From Macrostomum hystrix (taxonomy: Eukaryota; Animalia; Platyhelminthes), in the NCBI GenBank assembly GCA_950097015.1, contig CATNEN010000003.1, forward strand, positions 13,950,001 to 14,014,000: a stretch of 64,000 nucleotides of DNA. Reading direction: 5' to 3'. Positions 51,017 through 63,599 of this stretch are shown piece by piece. Each line of letters begins with the position of its first letter. Position 1 is the first letter of the stretch. A program made the position numbers and the translations under genes. Below the pieces are notes generated by a model, which did no database searches, had not been told where the DNA came from, and was given only the letters and a program-made list of their open reading frames with translations.

Positions 51017-51380
51017 CAAGTTTTTCATCCTTTCGACAGTCCTGACGGGCCACGCCGAATCCAGGATCACCTTTGTCATCGTATCGATCCACGGTGAATT
51101 CCCAGTAGTGCACACCCCTTGAGAATCCGGTGGTGCAGACCGCCACCCGTTCCTCTAGCGACACGGAAGTGACAGACATGCCCTGATTGGTGAACACCAG
51201 CTCGGCGTGAGACTCCTCCGGCGAGAACTGAAAAAAGGCCCGGCCGGCTGTGCGAAGCTTGACGAAATCGCTGTAGGCAGATTCTCCGGCCGAATTGTGC
51301 GCCTTGACTCGGACTTGGTAAACTGTGTCAAACTGCAGTCCTTGGACACAGCAGATTGTCTCTGGACCCCGATAGCAGCG
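51017..51380 (-). CDS. TRIM9: TRIM9/TRIM67 ortholog, FN3-SPRY exon
   Basis: Acceptor cctacag|, donor |gtgaga. Encodes [34 protein letters not shown]...[28 protein letters not shown]. Confidence 0.93.
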
Positions 51381-51440
51381 CTGTAGGATGAGTGTGACGA
51401 TGGGGTTGTCGAGTTTTCAGTGATTGCTCAGTTTTTTGCA

Positions 51441-51765
51441 ACCTGAAGTCCCAATTACCTGAAGTCCCAATTACCTGAAGTCCCAATTACCTGAAGTCCC
51501 AATTACCTGAAGTCCCAATTATCTGAAGTCCCAATTACCTGAAGCAATAATTACCTGAAGTTCAAACTACCTGAAGTCCCTATTACATGTAGTTCTAATC
51601 ACCTGAAGTCCCTATTACATGTAGTTCTAATCACCTGAAGTTTAAACTACCTGAAGTCCTTATTACCTGAAGTTCAAACTACCTGTAGTCCCAATTACCT
51701 GAAGTCCTAACTACCTGAAGTCCTTATTACCTGAAGTTCAAACTACCTGTAGTCCCAAATCCCAA
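51441..51765. repeat. Minisatellite, 16-bp unit
   Basis: Unit acctgaagtcccaatt. Confidence 0.92.
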
Positions 51766-53140
51766 GAAAATGTCACATTTCAATAGGTTGAAATCCTGGT
51801 GTCACGAAATTTTGATCCATCATTGATCCAGATTCATAGAAAAAGGTTTTCTTTTTAACCATAATTTCCTTGTTGCATAGTTAAAAAATGTCTACCTAGA
51901 AATGCTTTGACAAAAAGTTCACATCAAAGACTCGTTACCGACTCCAGTTTGAAAAATGCTTTCACACTTTTTAAAACAAAAAAACTAATATTATAAGCAA
52001 ACATATTTAGAATTATATTTTTGCATTTTTACTCTCGCAGTGTATATTTTTTGTCTCTCAGCTACCCTTCGCAAATGCACTTCTAGATTGATCTGAATTT
52101 AAATTTTTACTCTCCAGGTGTGAATAATTTAGTCAAGGTTTTGAGAGCCTGCAATCGTATCATATAGTAGCATAATGTTAAGTACGTTTTTTATCAGTAA
52201 AACTGTAGGTAGATTGTATCGAAAGATTAATTCCCGTGAGATTGCAAAAACAGACGTGAAAAAAAACATTAAACGATGTGTTTTCCCCAGCTACGGGCCG
52301 ATTCTTTTGCCAGACTTTATAATCCTCTTTTTCCCCTTCTCCCATTAACCAGTTGCTATGCAGTTGAATAGATGAACTTTTTTCATTATAAAATAAGACC
52401 AAAGAGAGACTTGGGAATTGGGAATGGGAGAGCAGAAAGCTCAGGTATAGGAAATGTGTTTAGTGCTGCTGCTGCTGCTGCTTGTGCACTCTATACCTCT
52501 GACACTGACGTTGAGATTTTTGTCTGTCTCAAATGGGTAACTTGAACGGATGTGGAAAAAAAGATGCTTTTCTGGCCAAAAGCACACGCGGGTATGGGTA
52601 GGGCCAGGGGAGACAAGAAATCTCACTGACGGATGAGGCTATACGGGGCTGGGAATGGGGAATATATAGCTCTACTCCCACGAATCGAAACGTTCGCTAC
52701 AATTCCACTATATCTTTACTGTATGGTGGACACCTTGGTTTCTAACAATTTAAAATGGTTGGACATTGGACACATGCCAAAACCGCAGACTAATGAATGG
52801 GAACTAAAAGTATATAGAAAATTCAGCAGCAGCAGCAGCAACTATAATTTTGTCTCTCCCCCCCACATCTTCATTCAGCATGTCAGGAGAAACTGTCTCT
52901 CGTTAATTGTGACGGCTGCGCTGTGTCCCGTGTGAAAACAGTTGTCGAGAGGTCAATCTCTACGCTTGTGTCCTTAATTTACCGAGAATTATTCCAGTAG
53001 ACCCAAAAAGTCCCCATTCTCCCAATCAAACCAAAATCCGATTCGCTGTGTGCTTTATTGAAGGACAGTTTATTAAAGACACGCTAACTTTTCTGAATTC
53101 ACAAAAATCCCTGACTTTCAACAATGCTAAACAGCTTCAC

Positions 53141-53280
53141 CTTAAATCCGGCGCCTCTTCCATCGTCCATCTCAAGTGTGTAAAACTCGGCCTGTGAGCC
53201 ATTGCAGGGGCCCCAGCAGACTGTCACGGTGTTATTCTCGGCGTGACTTCGTTCGGCCACTATGACAGGCGGCGGAGGAA
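53141..53280 (-). CDS. TRIM9: TRIM9/TRIM67 ortholog, FN3 N-terminal exon
   Basis: Acceptor ctttcag|, donor |gtgaag. Encodes (V)PPPPVIVAERSHAENNTVTVCW...YTLEMDDGRGAGFK. Not in ORF track. Confidence 0.88.
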
Positions 53281-53382
53281 CTGAAAGTGGCGGAAAAGAT
53301 TAGCAAAAATCATTTAAAGTAGTTCGTCATTTGTCGTTGAAAAAATAAATATTTATGAGCTGTTTGGTTTCCTAGATTAAAT

Positions 53383-53890
53383 GAGGTGGCGGGTTGAACC
53401 CCGGATTTAATGGGGTGGCGGGTTCTCCCGTGGTCCCTTTTATAGAAGGGGTGGCGGGTTCTCCCGTGGACCCTTGATAGAAGGGGTGGCGGGTTCTCCC
53501 GTGGACCCTTGATAGAAGGGGTGGCGGGTTCTCCCGTGGACCCTTGATAGAAGGGGTGGCGGGTTCTACAGTGGGCCCTGGATTTAATGGGGTGGCGGGT
53601 TCTCCCGTGGACTCTGGATTTATTGGGGTGGCGGGTTCTCCAGTTGATCCTGGATAGAAGGGGTGGGAGGTTCTCCCGTTGATCCTGGATAGAAGGGGTG
53701 GGAGATTCTCCCGTTGATCCTGGATAGAAGGGGTGGCGGGTTCTCCCGTGGACCCTGGATAGAAGGGGTGGCGGGTTCTCCCGTGGACCCTGGATAGAAG
53801 GGGGCGGGGGTTCTACAGTGGACCCTGGATTTAATGGGGTGGCGGGTTCACCCGAGGACCCTGAATAGAAGGGGTGGCGCGGGTTCTCCA
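53383..53890. repeat. G-rich minisatellite, 35-bp unit
   Basis: Unit ggggtggcgggttctcccgtggaccctggatagaa. Confidence 0.93.
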
Positions 53891-55231
53891 GAAGTTATAG
53901 CGGGTTGACCATAGGTTGACGCTGAGTGTATTTGTTACATTTAATGTTATTTAAAATAGCGTAGAAATAATCCAGCCATAGATAAATAATTTCATAAGAA
54001 ATGAGGAATAGAATAACTTTTAGTAAAACTGTGTCAAGCAACTCAACTCTTAAAAAGTTTTTGGACAACACAGTCTCAAAAAAGGATTGCGACGGTGATT
54101 ACAGTAAAAAAATTTAATCTGATAGGCCATAGTAAAGTCATAATAAATTCTGTAAAAATGTTATTTTATTACAAGTTTTTAATGATTTTCAATTGTATGC
54201 TTGAAGACGGTAACGACTTTGTTCAGTTTTCTAGAAATGTATTATCTATCCAAAGCCATTTAAAGGAGACAGTGATGATGAGAATGAGATCTTGGAAAGT
54301 TCGACTGTCATGCAAAAAGAAACATTTTTCAGGTTTTGTTGGGATTGCGGTTGCAATCAGGAGATGCGTAAAAACTTATGTAAAACCGTTTTTCACGTAT
54401 AAATCTTGCAGTAAAACAAAGTAGCAGAAAGCCGGAAGTTTTGTTTATATTTAATTTCTAGGCACGCGCGTGATTAATAATTCAGATAATTTCTAAGAAA
54501 TAAGGACTTGATATAACAAAATACTTTTCGCAAACGATTTATAACAAACCTCTGTTTCTGGCATTTGTGCACATATCAGCCGCCGTCAAATCATGTTGTC
54601 GATTCACTGTTTGAACAAATTATTCGATTTGCATTCGAATTCGTTTATTCTTTGTCGAATCATCGAAATTGAGAAAACTAAATCAGCAAATTTTGAAACA
54701 GGATTTAGTTATTTACAATGTATCTCTTCCTTCCGAAGCAAATTGAAAGAATTATTTTATGGTGAAGTTAAGAATCCTCCAACTTTTTATTCATAACTTC
54801 GATACACGCAGGCACATTTTCACAAATATGATCTTGCTGCCCAAAAGCAGTCTGTATTTTTTGCTCACACCTGTTTTTTTCGGCCCTGCTACATTTCGGA
54901 ATGGCCAGACATTTCACTGATTTTTAAAAGCAAGACGGACTTTTTTCAATTCTTTTCTTTTTATTTGTTTGCTTTCTTCATAAATTATTTCCGCAAACTG
55001 GGTCATATTTTAACTCACGTGAAATTTCGCACAAAGACTAGCTAACTTCAATGGGTCCATTTAGCAACAAGATCTGTTTTCACAAATGGACTACTTTGTC
55101 TAAATAATGGAACATTTATTTTTCATGTCATGACTTCATGACACAACTAAGCATTTATTTCGATCTTCGATCTTCAATGTTAGATAAAATTTTGTGATTC
55201 AGATTAAAATTTGTTATCTTAATTTACTATC

Positions 55232-56650
55232 CTGATTAAAGATTTGGGATCCGGATTTAAGATTTAGGATCCGGATTAAAGATTTAGGATCCGGATTAAA
55301 GATTTAGGATCCCGATTAAAGATTTAGGATCCCGATTAAAGATTTAGAATCCGGATTTAAGATTTAGGATCCAGATTAAAGATTTAGGATCCGGATTAAA
55401 GATTTAGGATCCGGATTTAAGATTTAGAATCCCGATTAAAGGTTTAGGATCCGGATTAAAGATTTAGGATCCGAATTAAAGATTTAGGATCCGGATTAAA
55501 GATTTAGGATCCGGATTTAAGATTTAGAATCCCGATTAAAGATTTAGGATCCGGATTAAAGATTTAGGATCCCGATTAAAGATTTAGAATCCGGATTTAA
55601 GATTTAGGATCCAGATTAAAGATTTAGGATCCGGATTAAAGATTTAGGATCCGGATTTAAGATTTAGAATCCCGATTAAAGATTTAGGATCCGGATTAAA
55701 GATTTAGGATCCCGATTAAAGATTTAGGATCCGGATTAAAGATTTAGAATCCGGATTAAAGATTTAGGATCCGGATTAAAGATTTAGGATCCCGATTAAA
55801 GATTTAGGATCCGGATTTAAGATTTAGGATCCCGATTAAAGATTTAGGATCCCGATTAAAGATTTAGGATCCGGATTAAAGATTTAGAATCCGGATTAAA
55901 GATTTAGGATCCCGATTAAAGATTTAGGATCCAGATTAAAGATTTAGGATCCCGATTAAAGATTTAGGATCCGGATTAAAGATTTAGGATCCGAATTAAA
56001 GATTTAGGATCCGGATTAAAGATTTAGGATCCGGATTTAAGATTTAGAATCCCGATTAAAGATTTAGGATCCGGATTAAAGATTTAGGATCCCGATTAAA
56101 GATTTAGAATCCGGATTTAAGATTTAGGATCCAGATTAAAGATTTAGGATCCGGATTAAAGATTTAGGATCCGGATTTAAGATTTAGAATCCCGATTAAA
56201 GATTTAGGATCCGGATTAAAGATTTAGGATCCCGATTAAAGATTTAGGATCCGGATTAAAGATTTAGAATCCCGATTAAAGATTTAGGATCCGGATTAAA
56301 GATTTAGGATCCCGATTAAAGATTTAGGATCCGGATTAAAGATTTAGAATCCGGATTAAAGATTTAGTATCCCGATTAAAGGTTTAGGATCCCGATTAAA
56401 GGTTTAGGATCCCGATTAAAGGTTTAGGATCCCGATTAAAGGTTTAGGATCCCGATTAAAGGTTTAGGATCCCGATTAAAGGTTTAGGATCCCGATTAAA
56501 GGTTTAGGATCCCGATTAAAGGTTTAGGATCCCGATTAAAGGTTTAGGATCCGGATTAAAGGTTTAGGATCCCGATTAAAGGTTTAGGATCCGGATTAAA
56601 GGTTTAGGATCCCGATTAAAGGTTTAGGATCCGGATTAAAGATTTAGGAT
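55232..56650. repeat. Minisatellite, 20-bp unit
   Basis: Unit gattaaagatttaggatcc(g/c). Confidence 0.97.
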
Positions 56651-56747
56651 TCTTTAATCCGTTTTTGCAGAGCCACGCATTCTTTACAAAAGGCTACTTT
56701 AAACAAATTTTCCTAATATTTTTATAAGCCATGAACAATATACTCAC

Positions 56748-56904
56748 CTTTGTGCTCAGTGAAGGTCAGACTGTTTATTGCAACCAGAACCGGTTCAACA
56801 TCTAGGCGAATTTCGAACTCGTGACTTACTCTCGGACGAAGATCCATGTCCTTCTTTAATACGGTTTCGGCTGACGACACTCGTTGCAGCAGAGAATTTG
56901 ACAC
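56748..56904 (-). CDS. TRIM9: TRIM9/TRIM67 ortholog, COS-box exon
   Basis: Acceptor gcgcag|, donor |gtgagt; phase 0 in, 1 out. Encodes VSNSLLQRV...[27 protein letters not shown]. Confidence 0.88.
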
Positions 56905-56954
56905 CTGCGCAAATCGAGGGGTTTAATTGGGTAGAGACAAGGATAAAACCGATG

Positions 56955-58500
56955 TTGACTGATAAGGGTAAACTGACTAGACTGATAAGGGTAAACTGAC
57001 TAGACTTATGAGGGTAAACTGACTAGACTGATAAGGGTAAACTGACTAGACTGATAAGGGTAAACTGACTAGACTGATAAGGGTAAACTGGGTAGACTGA
57101 TAAGGGTAAACTGACTAGACTGATAAGGGTAAACTGGGTAGACTGATAAGGGTAAACTGACTAGACTGATAAGGGTAAACTGGGTAAGACTGATAAGGGT
57201 AAACTGACTAGACTGATAAGGGTAAACTAGGTAGACTGATAAGGGTAAACTAGGTAGACTGATAAGGGTAAACTAGGTAGACTGATAAGGGTAAACTAGG
57301 TAGACTGATAAGGGTAAACTAGGTAGACTGATAAGGGTAAACTAGGTAGACTGATAAGGGTAAACTGGGTAGACTGATAAGGGTAAACTGACTAGACTGA
57401 TAAGGGTAAACTGACTAGACTGATAAGGGTAAACTGGCTAGACTGATAAGGGTAAACTGACTAGACTGATAAGGGTAAACTGACTAGACTGATAAGGGTA
57501 AACTGGGTAGACTGATAAGGGTAAACTGACTAGACTGATAAGGGTAAACTGGGTAGACTGATAAGGGTAAACTGACTAGACTGATAAGGGTAAACTGGGT
57601 AAGACTGATAAGGGTAAACTGACTAGACTGATAAGGGTAAACTAGGTAGACTGATAAGGGTAAACTAGGTAGACTGATAAGGGTAAACTAGGTAGACTGA
57701 TAAGGGTAAACTAGGTAGACTGATAAGGGTAAACTAGGTAGACTGATAAGGGTAAACTAGGTAGACTGATAAGGGTAAACTGGGTAGACTGATAAGGGTA
57801 AACTGACTAGACTGATAAGGGTAAACTGACTAGACTGATAAGGGTAAACTGGGTAGACTGATAAGGGTAAACTGACTAGACTGATAAGGGTAAACTGGGT
57901 AGACTGATAAGGGTAAACTGACTAGACTGATAAGGGTAAACTGGGTAAGACTGATAAGGGTAAACTGACTAGACTGATAAGGGTAAACTAGGTAGACTGA
58001 TAAGGGTAAACTAGGTAGACTGATAAGGGTAAACTAGGTAGACTGATAAGGGTAAACTAGGTAGACTGATAAGGGTAAACTAGGTAGACTGATAAGGGTA
58101 AACTAGGTAGACTGATAAGGGTAAACTAGGTAGACTGATAAGGGTAAACTGGGTAAGACTGATAAGGGTAAACTGACTAGACTGATAAGGGTAAACTAGG
58201 TAGACTGATAAGGGTAAACTAGGTAGACTGATAAGGGTAAACTAGGTAGACTGATAAGGGTAAACTAGGTAGACTGATAAGGGTAAACTAGGTAGACTGA
58301 TAAGGGTAAACTAGGTAGACTGATAAGGGTAAACTAGGTAGACTGATAAGGGTAAACTAGGTAGACTGATAAGGGTAAACTAGGTAGACTGATAAGGGTA
58401 AACTAGGTAGACTGATAAGGGTAAACTAGGTAGACTGATAAGGGTAAACTAGGTAGACTGATAAGGGTAAACTAGGTAGACTGATAAGGGTAAACTGGGT
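56955..58500. repeat. Minisatellite, 23-bp unit
   Basis: Unit gactgataagggtaaactaggta. Confidence 0.97.
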
Positions 58501-59216
58501 CGACAGACACAAGGTCAAAAGGAGTTGTAAAAACAACATTTTTTAATGGAGACTCAGTAAAAGAGGATTTCACTGAACTATACCATTCTCCGTAACGGGC
58601 TATAAATCAAGTTTGATACAAACTTCGCGACCCAAGTTCTAAACACTGGTCCCAAACTGGGTCACAATGTCCCAAAGTTTTACCAGTATTTCCGCCGCAT
58701 GGAAGGCTAGGGGTGTCAAGTTTTTTGTGGAAAAATTAATTAGTCCCCTATAAAGATGAGTCTTCTTCCTCTAGAAGTACAATTTGAAACTAGCCCTCTT
58801 TTTCCCATCTAGAACGCAAAATATTGTTCCAATGTCAAGCCAATGTTCTACCATGGTAAGTCAACAATACTTCACTCGTACTATGGGGCATGTGAATGCA
58901 AGGGGTTAGCAATCAAGTCGTAGGGCTTTTCGATTTTAACGCTTTGCTTTTGGGTGTCGCATTTCCAAGCACCGAAATGCTGGAGAAAGCAAAGTGTCAT
59001 AAACTGGGCTGTCCTAAACTACTTTGAACCATAAAGCAGAGATGGTTAATTGGGCCAACTTTCGTAATGCTATAGAAATTTCATTGTGCCGCGTCCTTGA
59101 AAATGGGGTCATTTCCTGTGTCTGATCTTCTTCTAGAGAAATAGATACTTTATAGATGGTAGGAAACTGATAAGGACTTGGATTTTAGCTACCAGTTTAC
59201 TTGGCAAAATCTAAGC

Positions 59217-59812
59217 AAGATAACAAAATGACACTCAATCTACCAGCCCAGTTGACAAAATGACACTCAATCTACCAGCCCAGATGACAAAATGACACTC
59301 AATCTACCAGCCCAGATGACAAAATGACACTCAATCTACCAGCCCAGATGACAAAATGACACTCAATCTACCAGCCCAGATGACAAAATGACACTCAATC
59401 TACCAGCCCAGATGACAAAATGACACTCAATCTACCAGCCCAGATGACAAAATGACACTCAATCTACCAGCCCAGATGACAAAATGACACTCAATCTACC
59501 AGCCCAGATGACAAAATGACACTCAATCTACCAGCCCAGATGACAAAATGACACTCAATCTACCAGCCCAGATGACAAAATGACACTCAATCTACCAGCC
59601 CAGATGACAAAATGACACTCAATCTACCAGCCCAGATAACAAAATGACACTCAATCTACCAGCCCAGATGACAAAAGGACACTCAATCTACCAGCCCAGA
59701 TGACAAAATGACACTCAATCTACCAGCCCAGATGACAAAATGACACTCAATCTACCAGCCCAGATGACAAAATGACACTCAATCTACCAGCCCAGATAAC
59801 AAAATGACACTC
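59217..59812. repeat. Minisatellite, 32-bp unit abutting a TRIM9 donor
   Basis: Unit agatgacaaaatgacactcaatctaccagccc, nearly invariant. Confidence 0.97.
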
Positions 59813-59826
59813 CCGGCCAGACCTAC

Positions 59827-60060
59827 CAGCAGAAACGAGGCTGCATCGTTCTCTTTGAGCATCTCTACGCAGAACTGGAGTAAGCTTGTAGTTCTGGTGA
59901 GCACAGATCCACATTGAGCAGCTTGATCTCGAGTCAGTCTGAGTTTGTGCTCCTGCTCAGATTGTAGCTGACTGAGCATGACCTGCTTCTTCGCTTGAAG
60001 AGCTTCAATCAGCGAGTCGAATTGTGCCCCGATAACTTGCGACATGGCCTCACAATTTGC
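59827..60060 (-). CDS. TRIM9: TRIM9/TRIM67 ortholog, coiled-coil exon
   Basis: Acceptor gtcgcag|, donor |gtaggt; 234 nt. Encodes AQFDSLIEALQAKK...EQEHKL..RDQ...TTSLLQFCVEMLKENDAASFLL. Confidence 0.9.
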
Positions 60061-60187
60061 CTGCGACAATGGGTCGGGAAGTTTCATCTGTGATTTGGAA
60101 TTATTTTTTAGTGAGAAAGGGTGGGGAATATTTAATATAAGATAAGAGAATTAAGAGTGGATAACGCATGAACTAAAAAACTCAAAC

Positions 60188-60283
60188 CTTAATCCTCTCT
60201 GGACTAGACTTCAGTTGCTGGTGAAATTCGGATCCACTTTTGGCCTTCTCAGACAAGTTTTGAAGTAGCAGAGATAGCTCAGT
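60188..60283 (-). CDS. TRIM9: TRIM9/TRIM67 ortholog, coiled-coil exon (most 5' exon seen; gene continues beyond window)
   Basis: Acceptor catttcag|, donor |gtttga; 96 nt, phase 0/0. TELSLLLQNLSEKAKSGSEFHQQLKSSPERIK resembles the TRIM9 post-B-box coiled coil. Not in ORF track. Confidence 0.8.
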
Positions 60284-60311
60284 CTGAAATGAAAATTTAA
60301 TGCGATTCTGA

Positions 60312-62727
60312 TAATCCCAAGTTTAGGCAATCCCAAGTTCATGTAATCCCAAGTTTATGTAATCCCAAGTTTATGTAATCCCAAGTTTATGTAATCCCAA
60401 GTTTATGTAATCCCAAGTTTATGTAATCCCAAGTTTATGTAATCCCAAATTTATGTGATCCCAAGTTTTTTTTATCCCAAATTTTTTTGATCCCAAGTTT
60501 ATGTGATCCCAAGTTTATGTAATCCCAAGTTTATGTGATCCCAAGTTTATGTAATCCCAAGGTTATGTAAACCCAAGTTTGTGTAATCCCAAGTTTTTGT
60601 AATCCCAAGTTTATGTAATCCCAAGTTTATGTAATCCCAAGTTTATATAATCCCAAGTTTATGTAATCCCAAGTTTATATAATCTCAAGTTTATGTAATC
60701 CCAAGTTTATGTGATCCCAAGTTTATGTAATCCCAAGTTTATGTGATCCCAAGTTTATGTAATCCCAAGTTCATGTAATCCCAAGTTTATGTAATCCCAA
60801 GTTTATGTGATCCCAAGTTTATGTAATCCCAAGTTTATATAACCCCAAGTTTATGTAATCCCAAGTTTATATAATCCCAAGTTTATTTAATCCCAAGTTT
60901 ATGTAATCCCAAGTTTATGTAATCCCAAGTTTATGTAATCCCAAATTTATGTGATCCCAAGTTTATGTAATCCCAAGTTTATGTAATCCCAAGTTTATGT
61001 AATCCCAAGTTTATGTTATCCCAAGTTTATGTAATCCCAAGTTTATGTGATCCCAAGTTTATGTAATCCCAAGTTTATGTGATCCCAAGTTTATGTGATC
61101 CCAAGTTTATATAATCCCAAGTTTATGTAATCCCAAGTTTATATAATCCCAAGTTTATGTAATCCCAAGTTTATGTAATCCCAAATTTATGTGATCCCAA
61201 GTTTATGTAATCCCAAGTTTATGTAATCCCAAGTCTATGTAATCCCAAGTTTATGTGATCCCAAGTTTATGTAATCCCAAGTTTATGTAATCCCAAGTTT
61301 ATGTAATCCCAAGTTTATATAATCCCAAGTTTATGTGATCCCAAGTTTATGTAATCCCAAGTTTATGTGATCCCAAGTTTATGTAATCCCAAGGTTATGT
61401 AAACCCAAGTTTGTGTAATCCCAAGTTTTTGTAATCCCAAGTTTATGTAATCCCAAGTTTATGTAATCCCAAGTTTATATAATTCCAAGTTTATGTAATC
61501 CCAAGTTTATATAATCCCAAGTTTATGTAATCCCAAGTTTATGTGATCCCAAGTTTATGTAATCCCAAGTTTATGTGATCCCAAGTTTATGTAATCCCAA
61601 GTTCATGTAATCCCAAGTTTATGTAATCCCAAATTTATGTGATCCCAAGTTTATGTAATCCCAAGTTTATGTAATCCCAAGTTTATATAACCCCAAGTTT
61701 ATGTAATCCCAAGTTTATATAATCCCAAGTGTATGTAATCCCAAGTTTATGTAATCCCAAGTTTATGTAATCCCAAGTTTATGTAATCCCAAATTTATGT
61801 AATCCCAAGTTTATGTAATCCCAAGTTTATGTAATCCCAAGTTTATGTGATCCCAAGTTTATGTAATCCCAAGTTTATGTGATCCCAAGTTTATGTAATC
61901 CCAAGTTTATGTGATCCCAAGTTTATGTGATCCCAAGTTTATATAATCCCAAGTTTATGTAATCCCAAGTTTATATAATCCCAAGTTTATGTAATCCCAA
62001 GTTTATGTAATCCCAAATTTATGTGATCCCAAGTTTATGTAATCCCAAGTTTATGTAATCCCAAGTCTATGTAATCCCAAGTTTATGTGATCCCAAGTTT
62101 ATGTAATCCCAAGTTTATGTAATCCCAAGTTTATGTGATCCCAAGTTTATGTGATCCCAAGTTTATGTGATCCCAAGTTTATGTAATCCCAAGTTTATGT
62201 AATCCCAAGTCTATGTAATCCCAAGTTTATGTAATCCCAAGTTCATGTAATCCCAAGTTTATGTGATCCCAAGTTTATGTAATCCCAAGTTTATGTAATC
62301 CCAAGTTTATGTGATCCCAAGTTTATGTAATCCCAAGTTTATGTAATCCCAAGTTTATGTAAACCCAAGTTTATGTGATCCCAAGTTTATGTAATCCCAA
62401 GTTTATGTAATCCCAAGTTTATGTAATCCCAAGTTTATGTGATCCCAAGTTTATGTAATCCCAAGTTTATGTAATCCCAAATTTATGTAATCCCAAGTTT
62501 ATGTGATCCTAAGTTTTATGTAATCCCAAGTTTATGTAATCCCAAGTTTATGTAATCCCAAGTTTATGTAATCCCAAGTTTATGTAATCCCAAGTTTATG
62601 TAATCCCAAGTTTATGTAATCCCAAGTTTATGTGATCTCAAGTTTATGTAATCCCAAGTTTATGTGATCCCAAGTTCATGTAATCCCAAGTTTATGTAAT
62701 CCCAAGTTTATGTAATCCCAAGTTCAT
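60312..62727. repeat. Minisatellite, 16-bp unit
   Basis: Unit gtaatcccaagtttat. Confidence 0.98.
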
Positions 62728-63599
62728 GATAGGGGTTTTCAAAGGACGCAAATTGATCCGAAGTCGTGACAGTGTAATGTTTGAAGCCGTGGATCACAGA
62801 GCTATGAAAATGGCATTCACCAAAAATGGTAATGAATAAAGCTTCTAAATTGACATTTTCGGAAAGCAATCCGTGTCACATTGCTTGTCAAATTGTTATT
62901 CCATTTTAAAATCCCATTCTTCATTGGGCAGCGAGGGATTTTAAAAAGCCAGTAAATACAAACACTGAAAGTGTTTGATTTTTCGTCAAAGTGAAATGGC
63001 CTTTTAATTTAGTGCTTGGCCTCAACTGCAGCCAAGTTTGGCGACAGTTAGTCGGCATTCGATTTCCCTTATGCTTTAGAAATTTCTCCCCAATGCCCTC
63101 TTGGTTGCCGTGTGGGGAATAAATGTCAGTGCTGGACTTGATCTTTTTCATAGACGATTCGGTATATAATGTAGGGATATGAATGGGGTCAGGTTCTTAT
63201 CAGAATTTCCAGTTCATTTCCGCAGCAGGGACACAGAAATCTTATTCCCATTTTCCCATAGATATTGTTATATGGTCTCCCTATAGAACAGCCTATAAAA
63301 TCCCAAGATGTCTTATTAGAATGTCGGATCAGAAGATTTTCATTGGCCGACTTGGCTCTACCTTTGATGTAGTGAGGATTTTAATTTACGATACGAAGGG
63401 TTTCTATGAAACTTGTAGTTCAAAGTTGATAGAGAGTAAACTTTGGCACCCTATAAGGATTCAAATGCGATAAATGGTTGTCGGTTCGGGCGAAACAATG
63501 CCATGAACTGTCAGATGGCAGTTGTAAACCGGTTCGCGTTCGCTTGATCGCTTTAGGATCGGCTCCGCGACCTCACTGGATCTCACTGGCACTTTTGCT

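Noticed and set aside
52400-53030. Possible inverted-repeat element (ctg and cag runs at about 52465 and 52824; gggaatggg / cccattctccc)
   Set aside because: Matches are short and low-complexity, and no TIR or TSD boundaries could be defined.
55232-58500. Telomere-like motifs (ttagg, taaggg)
   Set aside because: They are embedded once per 20-23-bp unit; there is no (TTAGGG)n run.
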